Source: Phoronis australis (Eukaryota; Animalia; Phoronida). Taken from it: a stretch of DNA of 64,000 bases. The number at the start of each line of letters is the position of its first letter. Positions within the stretch are counted from its first letter, which is position 1. The DNA lies in the NCBI GenBank assembly GCA_002633005.1, contig NMRA01000243.1:138783-202782 (forward strand). Reading direction: 5' to 3'. Below are positions 51,761 to 64,000 of this stretch, in pieces. A program made the translations under genes and the position numbers. Under the pieces are notes generated by a model that was not told the DNA's origin, did no database searches, and worked only from the letters and a program-made list of their open reading frames with translations.

Positions 51761-52763
51761 CCACCGTCTGACGTCTCTAGCCTCAGTAACTCAGTAGTCT
51801 GAGTTATAGGCAATGACCATCGCCTCTGTTGGCCCGAACCAGAGGCGATGCAGAGGCTATAGGCGCTCTGTACGCTGGAAGCTTTTCAGCGAATTATGCC
51901 TCGCACCGACTAAACCATCAAAGTCACGTTGTTATAAATACCTTTTGCGCATAGAGGAACACCTTAGGAGGTTGTCGATGTTTAATTCCTTCCAACTCGA
52001 ACAAATACTCCCGCTATGAAACTTTTTCTTTGAGCAGTCCCTATTTCAGTTCCCAAAATCGTGAAATCAACTTTTTCATTTTTTTAACCAGGCCGAAGGT
52101 CAGAAGTTGCGGACCTACTGGCGAACTTTGAAAGCTGAAGTTCCCGCCCTTCACGTACATGCTGCCGGGAACCAGCCGTACATTTGCTGTGTTGTTAAAC
52201 ATTAAAATGTCAAATATGTGCACAAAGACTATTAAATGTCATATCAACAGTATTTATTTATAACAAATACAAACAATGATTCATTGAAATACAATCAGTT
52301 TCAAGTAACGCCAATTAAAGATAAGTATAAGTGATGGCATTTTGGAAACGAACATTTGACTGACAAGACCGCAATGACTCACCTTTGGCCTGTTTAAAGA
52401 TTGAGGTCATGAATTCACATCACCTAGCAAGCATGGTAAAAATTGGAGCGTGCGCAGTATAAAAATGGTGAGTTCACGATTTTGGGAACTGAAATAGGGA
52501 CTGCTCGAAGAAAAAGTTTGATAATGGGAGTATTTGTTCGAGTTGGAAGGAATTAAACACATCGACATCCTCCTCAGGTGTTCCTGTATGCACATAAGGT
52601 ATTTATAATAACGTGACTTTGATGATTTAGTCGGTGCGAGGTATAATTCGCCAAAAAGCTTCCGTCGTACAGAGCGCCTATAGCCTCTGCATTGCCTCTG
52701 CTTCGGGCCAACAGAGGCGATGGTCATTGCCTATCTGAGTTAGTGAGTAGTCAGAGACGGTGG
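51761..52763. repeat. Long inverted repeat (arms about 51761-52075 and 52463-52763)
   Basis: The arms give the near-identical opposite-strand ORFs 51813+ and 52727-. Further partial copies at 50570-50770(-), 52774-52946(+) and 53030-53090(-). Confidence 0.9.
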
Positions 52764-53624
52764 AGCTCATATGCCGGAAGCTTTTTGGCGAATTATGCCT
52801 CACACTGGTTAAAAAAATACCTTTTGTGCTTAGAGGGGACACCTTAGGAGGCCGTTGATTTCTTTAATTCCTTCCAACTCGAACGAATACTATCGTTATC
52901 AAACTTTTTCTTTGTCTTGAGCAGTCCTTCGTTCAGTTCACAAAATCAGAAGCCATTTTCAACACTGCGGGCGGCAGGTGGTGTGACATCATACCCCCTA
53001 GCATGCGCAATTAAAAAATAGCCAGTTACCGATTTTGTGAACTCAAAACGAGGGACTCCATGAAGAAAAAGTTTGATAACGGGACTATTTTGGTAGGATG
53101 TACTAATTAATGCCTTACCAAAAAACAAACCTTTTGAAATATCAATGGATAATGAAAAGCATCATGTTCCACACATTTCCCACTGTGAAGAAAAGTCTTT
53201 GGCAAAGCCCATTATTTAGTGGATGAAACTGGTTCTCTAAATCAGGGACCGCTATATCCGACCAGTGCCGCGAGAGTGTCTACCGCTGATTAAGTGGGAG
53301 AATTTTGATCCCAGCCGGTGTCAAAAAGGTAAAATGAATTCGTGATCTTAAACAGATTAAAGAATTCAACGAACCAGTAGTATGTAGTAAATGAATTGTC
53401 TACCAAATTTGAGTCGGGATCAATGGGAAGTGACTTTTATGCTCTCATTACTCTAGAGAGCACTGATATGAAAAGCTCCCTAATGAAATTGGTTATGGTT
53501 GAAACTACCGGTATAACACTCCATGACAAAGTTCATCAGCTTAGTCTGGAGCAATAATTGACTATCAGACTGTTCTCAAGTCTAGAGATCATTTTAAATC
53601 TGACCAAGGATTAAGGTCAGGCTG

Positions 53625-53825
53625 GGAGGAGGCAGTTGGGCCTAGTGTGATGGGTGCCCACTTTCTATACTCGATGAGGTTGTGTGTTCGAGTCTCGCTG
53701 GGTCACACTGCTAGACCCTTGAGTCAGGTTTCTCATTCCTTAGATCGCTTTTAACTGTATATTAATAAAGCACAAAAATGGTTCCAGGTGCAATGGGCCT
53801 ACATGCATGGTCTGCTCATGCAATT
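53625..53825 (+). mobile_element. tRNA-derived SINE
   Basis: Same head and body in plus orientation. Confidence 0.75.
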
Positions 53826-53956
53826 ATTTTGTTTTTATAAAAGGTCAGGCTGATTCTGAAGGCCTTAACAAAATGTTGGTTTTTGACATATAGGCATGGT
53901 TTATTACATCTAATCCACGTTCTATTCTTTTTCAGGCACTCGTGTAAATTTAAACA

Positions 53957-54128
53957 ATGTTGGTTTTCGTTGTTGTCATTGCAATACTCGCCATCATTCT
54001 ATTCCTGTTGACTCTGCGACTCATCTATGTGTTACAAATTGTTTATCAAAGAAGACGCCATCTGGATTTTGATAGTGAGGCGAGAAGGAAAACACACACT
54101 GTGAAGACCATGGTTATAATGGGATCTG
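53957..54128 (+). CDS. ALG14: ALG14 coding exon 1
   Basis: TM anchor to VIMGS, donor G|gtaag. An acceptor at 53934-53935 suggests an upstream UTR exon. Confidence 0.93.
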
Positions 54129-57100
54129 GTAAGAACGGTTTGGGATTGTTGAGCACTCTTTAATATACAGCCATCAAAACAAAAATAAACATACAATATG
54201 ATGTTTTCTCGCAATGACGGCTAATTCTGTTAATGGCAAAAATGATTGGTAATAATGGCTTAGCCACCTTTGTAACTGTCCTTTTCTTCTCAGTTATGAG
54301 TGAAACTACTCTTACAATGAAATTGGTTTCTTCCCAGCTGTTATGACTGGAAATTCCAGGTCATTTTGTGTGAATACTTTTGGATCATACTGTAGTTGGT
54401 AGTGGATGATACGTTGCAGCACATCTCAAATCCAGACCAACTCACTAGGCACTTATCGGGGTAAACGAGTTCTCCAGGCAATTTACCTAGTGATGAAAAA
54501 TTTTATCGTGCCAATAGCAAGACTAGATGGCAGCACTTGTACTCCGGAAGCTTTTCAAATGCCTCGATTATGCTTGACTAGAGAAGTCGAGGGGATTTAA
54601 TACATACAATTCGTGTGTTGCGGTACTCTTTTGAATTGCAGTCCAAGTTGATCTTATACTTTGGGTATTATAATATTTCTTTTCAACAGGTTTGAATGTA
54701 ATGAAATTAATAGTGAACCATGATTATGGTAAAATCTTTTCAATTTCAGTCAAAGCCAATTGCCAAAAAATCGTCGTAGATCAGTTTTCGAGAGCTACCA
54801 TTATTCTAAATCACTTCACACGCATTACTAGTAAATTTCAGCACAAGATGCGCTTGCCAAATAATCCATGTTTCATTGCACACCCACCATCAGCTAGCCA
54901 TAAACTATTTGTTAGGTAGTGCAAACTCAGTTTAAGTGCAAATGGCATATTGTCTTTGGAGTCGAATATCCTCATAATAGGGAGCTTTTAAGGTTTTGTC
55001 CATCAGGCTTGGTAGCAATATGTACTCTCATATCTCAGACTAATGTGCTTTGGGAGTTACACTACACGGGGCTTGGAATTTTCCTCTTTTAAGAGGGTTT
55101 GCTCTTTTTTGGTTTTAATTTCCTTGTATTGGATTTCCAGTTTTCTCTTTTCTATCATCATTTTTACTTTATCCATGCAAAAATATTTATTTCAGTTTTT
55201 ACATCACAAAAAACTTTTTCCCTCACACAAGCACATTCATTTGTGGAATGATGCATCACCTGGAAAATTTTCCTCTTTTTTGTCATTGGTCATTCCAAGC
55301 CCTGACTACAGGACTTGATTATTGTTCGTACCAATGGGGTGACTGCTGTATTTTCATTATGTGAAAAAATATTTCAAGTAAAATTTCAAAGCAGAACTAG
55401 GCACATAGGTGTTCTTTTTTCACGAATGCGTGTCATTTTACAATTAACATGGGCTATTTTTGTTGTCACAGCTTGTTGTACTATGATTGTATTGAGTTTT
55501 ACAACAGTACTTTGTACTTCAATGATTGAAGGTCAAGGTCAATCTATTGCCAAATGATTGGAATCTTGGTGATCATTATTTTTTAGTGATTATTCTGATT
55601 GCAAATAGTATTCTGGTAAATATTTTTATTAAAGAGGGCCACTGAAATCAGGAGTTTGACTGCTGTTGCTCCCTCTGTTGGCAGTGGTTGAATAATGAGC
55701 TTGGTTGTTTGTGATGTGCCTGTTTTGGGTCACTATTTGTTCACTGATCATGTACTCAACTTCATTCTTTTCATCTCATTTATTGCATGTAAGCGTTTAT
55801 GTCTGTATGCAGCACAATGGTTTGATTGCTCTTAAAAAGTTCCAGTTCAACAACTTTCGACAATTTTTTATTTCAAAAACGCAATTGATTTAGACCGTTC
55901 AGTGTTTAGTGTGAATATTTTTCAAAGATCAGAAAATTAGACCTGACTAACCGTACCGAGAGTTACTGTACGCTACTACCTTGCTGCTGTACTTGAATCC
56001 TCATTGCAAACATGTACTTTCAGGTGGACACACAGCTGAAATGATACGGGTACTATCAGGCCTAAGGTGTCACGTTTACTTCCCTAGAGAATATGTGGTT
56101 GCTGACACTGACACTATGAGTGTAAAGAAAGTCGGGACTTTTGAGCTGCAGCATGCTTCTGAAACATCTGAGGTGTGTTTACAGATCTAGAACAGTGCAA
56201 AAATGAGTTGTTGGAATTGAACCAGTTGGTAAACTCTATTACTGTAGGATTTTTGAAAAAATCACCATAAATTTAACATTGTTTTGTTGTAAATCTTAAA
56301 CTGGCATGGAAATTTTAAAGTCTGATCTGCACAGATAGCAGAAGGTCCCAAGTTCGAGTCTCGGTCGGGGGCAGAAATCTTTTTGGACTTATGTTCATTA
56401 GGTCACATGATGTGGCCAATAGGTGGCATGCAGACCAGACTTAAAAATGTTTGTGGTTGTTTTGTAACGTTGATTAGAAATTACCTAAAATGATCATGTT
56501 TGTCATTCCTGGACATTTTACTACCACAATGATAACCAAAATAAAAATTTAAAAAATTAGCAATGCTCACTTACCCGAGTCCAAGATTTTGAGAACCAGT
56601 TTGATGCCCGTTATTAATTGGAGGACTTGATCTCAGAATGCAGGGTCCCTAAATGACTATTATCCTTAAAACAACTATAAATTCACCGTTCCGTTGAAGA
56701 AACGAACTTTTGATTCAGATCACTTACTGCTATGAAACTGCTGTTGACTTCATCCTTACTCAGATGGGAAGTTATTTTAGTCTTGTCAAGAACTGTCAGT
56801 TCATTATTCCTCAAGACCATGCTAAGCGAATAAAATGACACGGTGTGACAGGCCAACTTGTAGTACCTGGTCTCCAGCAATAATGGATTTTTAGTTCTTG
56901 CCAAGTTCAGAAATCTCGTCTGCCTTTCCTGAGGAACAATTTGTAATAAAAGTAGCTTAATTTTTTTTTGATGGAAGGTCAGTTTGTAGCCTTCTTTTGG
57001 TTTGGAATGCTGCAAATTTTTTGGTTCATTTGACAAAACAAAATGTCACGTTCACTGAGGTGTTGCAAAGTTTATACTCCGTGCTGTTTTCTGTCTTGAG

Positions 57101-59505
57101 TGGAGGCAAGAAACACATCAATATGAAGGCCACATAGCATGTCATTTTTCAAAAATGAAAAACATGAATTATTTGTTGCTTTGTGTGTTAATCCTGTTTG
57201 TCACATTCAATAAAGATTTTATTTTGTTTCTAGTACAAGATTCACAACATTCCAAGAAGTCGAGAAGTTGGCCAGACTTGGCTATCAACAGTCTTCACTA
57301 CATTCTACGCCTGTCTTCATGCACTCTGGCTTGTTGGTCGAGTGTGTCCTCAACTGGTAAAATGTTAATTTGTTCATCTGCTTATCATATATATATATAC
57401 CCATTTTGAGACCATTGCACCTAACTAAGAAGTTGTGTCTGTGCCTGGAATTAGGCGCATGCAGCTACTTTTTGTAAAACTGAGAAGCAAATTTCTAAAA
57501 TACTTGTCAATGAAACTTGTTGACTTAATCCGTTACAAAAATTGTCGATGTTGTGACAATTTGTCCCTAGAGTTCAATGAAAAGTATTTAGAATGGAATA
57601 ATTTAAAGAACACGTAGAAAGCTCAATTTGTAACGTGCTCATGTACAAGGGACACTCGCCAATACCTGTGACTGAAAGTCAGGTTTACACATCCATATGT
57701 GAAAAACTTCTTAAAATTTAAGAAAACATTTATTTCTACAAACAAAGGCACATGGGCCTTAACACATCTTAATGCTGTAAAGGTCATGACTGTTGAATAG
57801 TGATTCCAGTGATGGCCAAGGTAGCCCAGCCAGGATTCTTACTTAAAAGGATCCCAAACCCGGTTTTGGCCTATCAACAAATACTAAAACCGACTTTCCC
57901 GTCCAGTTTTCTGAAACAAAATAATGCTCTGTAACCCTAAACAACCTTCAAAAGTTTGGAGGAAAATTTAAAAACTCCTTTCAGTCAGCTAAATGAGCAA
58001 GCGTGACCTACGAGTTACACAACAGCGGAAAAGGCCACCCACCAAGGACCATGACGTCCAATCTATGACTCACATAAGGAGTATTATTTTTTAGAGGATT
58101 CCTGTCTTTAACTTGGAAGATTGACGCCAATGTTGCAATATTAGGTGACAGTTTGAAGATTGGTGGAAGTGATCAAAACGGGGCTTACTATCCTTTTAAC
58201 ATCAGAGCAGTTTACAATGCTCCATTTTGACTTTGAAATTCTAATGTTCTACTCTGACAGTGAGCCATTTTTGCAAACATTATGTTTTATTAAAAGATAC
58301 AAGAAACGCTTTAATTTATGGCTAAATACACTTTGGTGTGCAAAAGGTTCTGCGTTGTTTCTGTTGTAATAACAACTGTCAGTTTTTATTAAGACATAGT
58401 GCCACACGGCCTTGAATTAACACTGGGGAGTAAAAGGCTTTTGAATGAGTGCCTGAATTTAATTATTCATAAGCACGAGAAACACTAACAGGTATACTGG
58501 TGCTCGCCGGTACTAAAATGCTCCTCTGTCTCTCTGTGCGCTACCTGTTAGGAGATAGAACTGCCAACATTTCTAAGTTAAATTGCATCTACGAATTTTG
58601 TCTGTATGGTACACCGATTTCAAGGTTTATCGATCTCTTAGCATTTTGCATTTTGTTGGATTGGTATAACTTTGGGGCTCTTAAGAGCATTATGATTCTC
58701 AGTGCTAACTCCAGATAGACCTTTAGGAGAATAAGAAATGAGCTGAAGCCATGAGGTATTCTTATAATTTACCTTTCAGTGTTTGTCTTGCACTGTAGAC
58801 AGAGTAAATTTCAACTGTCGGTGCAGCTCAAAGCGTAACGTTTAGTTCTCATTGAGATATTTCCATTGTCGTCACCGTTTTTGTTTATACAATCCACGGT
58901 TACACTTTGCTTTGCAGGTTTTGTGCAATGGCCCTGGAACATGTATACCTCTCTGTGGTGCTGCTTTCCTGATTAAGGTATTTTTTATTCAGTGCTTAAG
59001 GTGATGTAATGATAGATGACATTGCATCCATTCTACTGTCCACGCTGGCTTTAGTTGTCTCTGTGCAACCCCTACATTTCTCACCTGATTTAAAATGAAT
59101 GATTTCAGTGCCATACCGCCAAGATTCAGCATTTTGTGATTTTTCTTGGTTTTCTTGAACTTATGACCATTTTTGTTTTCATGTATCCATGTAGGAAATT
59201 ATTCTGTGCACAACTCCTACGTTCTCTGGTTTTGACCTTACTTTCAAAAAGGTAATGCTAGCAAAATGCGTATCGTCAGCATTATGTGATGTCGCTTTCT
59301 GCCCGTTGCAGTAAAAATTAATTTCATTTTGTAGGTGCTCGGATTCCACGACATAAAGATTGTGTATGTTGAAAGCATATGTAGGGTCAAGTCACTGTCG
59401 CTTTCTGGCAAGATCTTGTACTGGTTTGCCGACCATGTACTAGTACAATGGCCACAACTGACCGACTGTTACCCATTGACAAAATATATTGGGAGAATCT
59501 CATGA
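53957..59505 (+). CDS. ALG14: UDP-GlcNAc transferase subunit ALG14 (5 coding exons, 224 aa)
   Basis: Exons 53957-54128, 56024-56172, 57234-57356, 58918-58977 and 59335-59505 total 675 nt in frame. N-terminal TM helix and motifs GSGGHTAEM, IPRSREVGQ, LCNGPGTC, YVESICRV..LSLSGKILY and VQWP. Confidence 0.96.
56024..56172 (+). CDS. ALG14: ALG14 coding exon 2
   Basis: tttcag. GGHTAEMIRVLSGL...YFPREYVVADTDTMS. Donor GAG|gtgtgt. Confidence 0.93.
57234..57356 (+). CDS. ALG14: ALG14 coding exon 3
   Basis: tttctag. YKIHNIPRSREVGQTWLSTVFTT...CPQL. Donor gtaaa. Confidence 0.93.
57847..58195. mobile_element. TTAA-flanked MITE (Kolobok-like), second copy
   Basis: ttaa|aaggat...atcctt|ttaa. Homologous to 36802-37137. 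Confidence 0.75.
58918..58977 (+). CDS. ALG14: ALG14 coding exon 4
   Basis: tttgcag. VLCNGPGTCIPLCGAAFLIK. Donor gtatt. Confidence 0.93.
59335..59505 (+). CDS. ALG14: ALG14 last coding exon
   Basis: ttttgtag. VLGFHDIKIVYVESICRVKSLSLSGKILYWFADHVLVQWPQL...YIGRIS*. Confidence 0.94.
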   Translation: MLGFHDIKIVYVESICRVKSLSLSGKILYWFADHVLVQWPQLTDCYPLTKYIGRIS

Positions 59506-60219
59506 GTTTAGATATTGCTGGTGATACTTAATGTAATCTCAGAGAAATTTGCTCAGTTTTACTTATTAGCCAGTATCCGTTTTATACAAGGCGCATTATA
59601 AGTCATGACGAATTTGTCACTAGGTTGTGACAGCTTGCAAGCAGTTGGAAATACAGAACTGAGAAAAGAAAGTCTGCAATTTTGTGACAATTCTTAGCTT
59701 GCAATCGCATTGAATTTACAAAGGTTGAGAGCAGTGTTCAGTGGAGGTAGAATCATTACCATTTCCTTATAGTCTGCACATATGTAGCATAAGATTGTTG
59801 TCACACACTTTGTAATGGATTTTGACAAGGGTACATGACTGCATGCCAACACTGCTAATGATGTGGTGTAAAATATAAGTATAACTTGGTATACTAGCCA
59901 TGATGCCATTTCTTACTTGTGTGTTGCCAAGAAGATATTAAGTTTCAATATATTACTGAAATATCACAATTTATTTTCCTGTTCAAGTTTTCTATTTACA
60001 CATTTTACATCATATCATACAAGTCTTAAAACATTTAGTTTAAATGGTTCAGATTTTTGTCTGTGATGAAATTTAAGTGAATGAGAACTTAAAATGCTTA
60101 ATAACTAAATGTAAAATAAACACAAAACTCTACATCTTCACATAGATGGAAGTTAGCATCATCCACAAGAAGCAGTGTTCCTGTTCCTCTTGCCCACTTC
60201 AATTCACTACTTAAACATT

Positions 60220-60480
60220 GGCCTGGGGTACGTTCCAAGAAAACTGACTTAGCAAAGACAAATCTCAAATTAAAGCCATTTTAAGATAAAACTCAAATTG
60301 TCTTAAGTCCGTTCCAAGAAAGTGATCTTAAGCTTGAATTAAGTTAACTTTTGGCATAAGTTTTATTTTAAGTTTGATTAACTTACTGGATTTGGAAGTT
60401 TCAAAATTTTGAATCTGAGACAAATCTAGACTTGCATCAAAAATGAACTTATGTCAGCTTCTTGGAACGGGACCCAGGCC
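60220..60480. mobile_element. TIR MITE (PIF/Harbinger-like) between the ALG14 and MTREX stops
   Basis: cctggggtacgttccaagaa ... ttcttggaacgggacccagg, with CWG-type flanks. Confidence 0.6.
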
Positions 60481-60657
60481 TCTTACATCTGATACCCTTA
60501 TTTTGCATGCCACAAATGAGTACTTGTTGAAAGTAATTTAATTCGTTGGCGAGTTAGATAAAATCCCAACATCTCAATTCACTGTACTTTGCCCTCACTA
60601 GAAAAGTCTTTCAAGGAGAATCATGACTCGCATACCATCAGTTCCAAGTCCAAACTG

Positions 60658-60710
60658 TTATAAATACAAACTGGCAGCAAAAACAATGTCTCTCTTCATT
60701 TTTGTGATGG
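60658..60710 (-). CDS. MTREX: MTREX last coding exon
   Basis: tttctttcag. [17 protein letters not shown]. Confidence 0.96.
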
Positions 60711-63209
60711 CTGAAAGAAAAAAAAACATGAAAGTACTATAATCCCATCTTGTGTCTAAACGCTAACTTAATTTAAACCACTTGTCACAGTTATAAAACT
60801 GGTCTCGACTTTTTTAATACTCATCTCAACCACTGTTGAAATTAAATAAACAAAGTATATGATCGAATACTGTCAGAGTGAAAATTAAATGATCTACAAA
60901 TTAAAGCGATCAGTAATTGGAGAACAAAAATAATTTATATATAAATTATCTCAGCAACTACCAGTTACGTGTATATTCTCAGTGACAACACTTTTGCTAG
61001 GCGAGATTTAATTATGTTTTAGAAATAATTATGTGGAACGCAAGACCAAATTTCTGTCTACAATGTGATATGTTTCAGTCCTGAATGAAGTAAATACCCC
61101 CTGAATGTGTTATGTTACCCCTAAATGTGATATGCCCCCCCCCCACCCCTGAATGTTGCACATTTCTCCCCCTGAATGTGGCAGTCTCACACAATCATCC
61201 TTACCATCAGCAAACTTGTTCTCCAGTTCAGTATTGCCTATAGTCTTCGCTGCCTGACACATCTGGCGCAAAGCTTCCTCCAGCCTCCTCATACAGCGGA
61301 TGATGCTGCCTGCAGTCAAGAAACAAATCGGTTCAAAACTCAAGTTGGATATTCCCTTGGGCGAAGTTTGACGGGCAGTTGTTCTAGTTTGATGGACAGT
61401 TGTTCTAGCTTGATGGACAGTTGTTCTAGGTTGATGGACAGTTGTTCTAGCTTGATGGACAGTTGTTCTAGCTTGGACAGTTGTTCTAGTTTGACGGACA
61501 GTTGTTCTAGTTTGATGGACAGTTGTTCTAGTTTGACGGACAGCTGTTCTAGTTTATTCACTCTGTCCTTTAAATAAGTCTTACGCGGACAAAATTTCTC
61601 GGTCTGGTTATAACTGACTGATTCTTATTTTAAGTGCATTTTCTTGATGACACTGTCACACGGCTCTTATACGCCTGGTGAACTTTTTGCAAAAACCTCA
61701 GCTGAATATTTTGCATCAAAAGACATGGTTACACAGCATGAGAACAAGATTTGTGAAGATTTCATTAAGTTTGTCTATAGACTCACTTTCCATGCAAGAA
61801 GCGAACTTTTGATTTAGACTACATAATGCTTTAAAAGTGGTCAGATGGGAAATACATAAGTAAGAACTATAGTTAGTCTCCATACACGCTATATGTTGGT
61901 CACATCACTCTGAAAAGACTTCTGGCGTAATTATTTTACAATTTCAACGCTCTGACCTACAACACTATAATTATATACAGATAAGAGCTGATTTCTGAGT
62001 TTACAAAGAAGTTGACAGCTCGTTATTTGTTGAGATCATGCTGGGAACATAAAATGCCGTGGCAAGTCAGGTAGTCAAGCCAGGCCTGAAATTTTAATAA
62101 CGAAGTCAGTTTTTTCAAAGCCATGGAATCAACTAATTAAAATTTTGTTGAGACTGAAGTTGAATTTTTAGCTGCTTTGATGTTGCTAGTCGTACACTGA
62201 CCTTCAAATATGTCGGTCATTTTACATATCTGTGCGAAGGAGCCCCCGTTGCACCAGACGTGCACCACGTCCATCATGTGTGGCTTGAAACTCTCCACAT
62301 AGACTTCTTCATCAATCTCCAACTTGGCCTCCGCCGTCACCTTGGCGATCCTCCGTGCCGTGTCCTGTAAGATACGCACTCGTCATCTGATGTGTTCAGT
62401 ATATGAAATGAGATTGTCATCTAAGATGGACAAAATAACGTTCCTTTAATGGACAGCACTTGGAGACCGACACATTGATTACGAGTCCAGGCATGCATGA
62501 TGTAAGCGTGTTGGGCTAGGTTTCGAGTGACAATGAGTAGTCCAACGGTCCTATCCCAGTGACTAATATTAAATTACCCTAACATGCTAATTGATATCTT
62601 GAGCTCGCATCATACGTGCAAAGTTGGATATCAAACACAATCCCAAGTCGAGCACCAGTTAACAAAATTAAAATTAGTTTGCGTTCCAAATATCGCTCGA
62701 CCTTTACCTGCATTATTCGTAGGGGCCCCGACAACTCCTCGGTGAGCTTGGGCATTTCTGAGGATTTCTCTTGGAAAACAAAACAGCTGAGAAGCGCCGC
62801 ACACTGTTGTGACGTGAGATCGTTGAACACTCCGTTAAACAGTAATTCTGTGACCAGCAGCTCGTCAGCGCTGAAACGAGAGACAATATACAGCTTGTAC
62901 CAAATTTTCATGGTGACCCTGTAAGCAGTCGGGCAGCCAGGCAATGTCAAAAAACTAAAACTGGCACTGGAGTGCACAGCAGTTTGGTCTACTCTATGTA
63001 CATACAGCAATGAACACACAGCAAAATGAATCAAGTTAAACTCACCTGCTAATTTCACAAGCTACTCGACCCTTAACCTCTATGACATCTGAAGCAGTTG
63101 CATAGCCCATCCTCCTCAAGACTCGCTTTCGACACTTCAGTTCGTCCATCTGAAGGAGAGACTTCTTCTTCTTCAGCTCGGACTTCACAGCTTTGATTTC
63201 ATTTCCCAC
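60658..63209 (-). CDS. MTREX: Exosome RNA helicase MTR4/SKIV2L2, last five exons (5' part lies beyond the window)
   Basis: Exons 63209-63046, 62870-62708, 62364-62202, 61309-61205 and 60710-60658, phase-consistent. Motifs [43 protein letters not shown] and terminal [12 protein letters not shown]. Confidence 0.97.
61205..61309 (-). CDS. MTREX: MTREX exon
   Basis: [35 protein letters not shown]. Confidence 0.96.
61366..61555. repeat. 21-bp minisatellite in an MTREX intron
   Basis: About nine units of gtttgatggacagttgttcta. Confidence 0.92.
62202..62364 (-). CDS. MTREX: MTREX exon
   Basis: [15 protein letters not shown]...[18 protein letters not shown]. Confidence 0.96.
62708..62870 (-). CDS. 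MTREX: MTREX exon
   Basis: [18 protein letters not shown]...[11 protein letters not shown]...LSGPLRIMQ. Confidence 0.96.
63046..63209 (-). CDS. MTREX: MTREX exon (absent from ORF track)
   Basis: [54 protein letters not shown]. ttttcag / AG|gtgag. Confidence 0.95.
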
Positions 63210-64000
63210 CTGAAAACCACGAACGCTATAAATTGTTAGTGTTAATTGCAGCTTCAGCAGTCTCTCACTTTATCCAGTCATGAAGCATTGGCTTAACTTG
63301 TGCCAGAGGTAACAAAACAAGTGCCTTAATGCCAAGACTTTTTTCAACAAACTTAACACCATCAACTATCATCAAACCCCAACAACCATCTTCCTCCAAT
63401 AGAGGGCATGCATAATTTGCAACTGTCATCTTCCACCAATAGAGGGCATACCTACATTGTAGGACAGGTGTAGAAATGTTAAACAATATGTGGATTTATA
63501 AGCCTAGGGTGATTGTTATTAGCCGAGGATGCGGTGCTTAGTAAATATTTTCACGAGGCAAGAAGGCCGAATGAAAATACTTAGCGTGTAGTTTAATTTA
63601 TGACCATTTATACCACATACTAAAGTTTTAATTCAAATTTAGTTTTTCACCAACTCCTTTGCAATAACCGAGTCACGTGACCGTACAACAACTGTCTACA
63701 CAGACACGTGACACCGTCATTGCATGGGCCTATCAAGATGAACGTGGTATAATTACAATTAGAACTAAACTGTAAGTTTTTGCCTATTTAGCACACAACA
63801 AAGCAGAAATTTTATTTTGTCAAAATTTCCAAACCGTAATGAGAATCCAGGACACTTTTCAATTAAATTAGTTGATGATTTGCATGCTTTGTTCACGTAG
63901 ATGATACAAAACAACACAGTTTCCATTATTTTCAGCGAGGTAAACAGCCCTTGAAATTTAAAAGACGACAATTATTTCTGCGGGCACTGTGTGAAGAATT

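Noticed and set aside
51813-52727. Paralogous small proteins MTIASVGP.. on opposite strands
   Set aside because: They arise from the inverted repeat. The copies differ by a frameshift, further copies lack the ORF, and there is no known domain.
61176-61577. Heptad coiled-coil ORF (KLEQLSI)n and its antisense (DSCSSLM)n
   Set aside because: Translation of a 21-bp intronic minisatellite. The flanking MTREX exons join correctly without it.
53957-63209. Intronic C/D snoRNAs in ALG14 or MTREX
   Set aside because: No correctly spaced RTGATGA..CTGA pair with a terminal stem was seen on the sense strands.

Overview
This is animal genomic DNA, probably from an invertebrate bilaterian (inferred; the species cannot be determined). 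It is AT-rich and repeat-rich, with GT-AG spliced genes, one 492-nt N gap and five single-N joins. Most ORFs in the supplied track are spurious. Four genes were rebuilt by hand with phase-consistent splice junctions: (1) a complete 3-exon, 387-aa divergent TGF-beta ligand of the 9-cysteine activin/myostatin type (minus, 21469..1107, 17.6-kb first intron); (2) TLCD4/TMEM56 (minus, 6 coding exons, 262 aa); (3) ALG14 (plus, 5 coding exons, 224 aa), head-to-head with TLCD4; (4) the last five exons of MTREX/MTR4 (minus), tail-to-tail with ALG14. Non-coding DNA holds non-autonomous elements: two CA..TG MITE families with 5-bp TSDs plus a composite of both, TTAA-flanked TIR elements, a tRNA-derived SINE, a Helentron-like element, a palindrome with a variant hammerhead-ribozyme-like core, and three minisatellites. 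Best leads are the atypical TGF-beta ligand, the G3:C8-swapped hammerhead-like motif, the TLCD4-ALG14 divergent pair with an inverted-repeat cluster between the genes, and the 5-bp-TSD MITE system. No CRISPR or prokaryotic system is supported. Several local duplications abut single Ns and are probably haplotype-assembly artefacts. No database searches were run.
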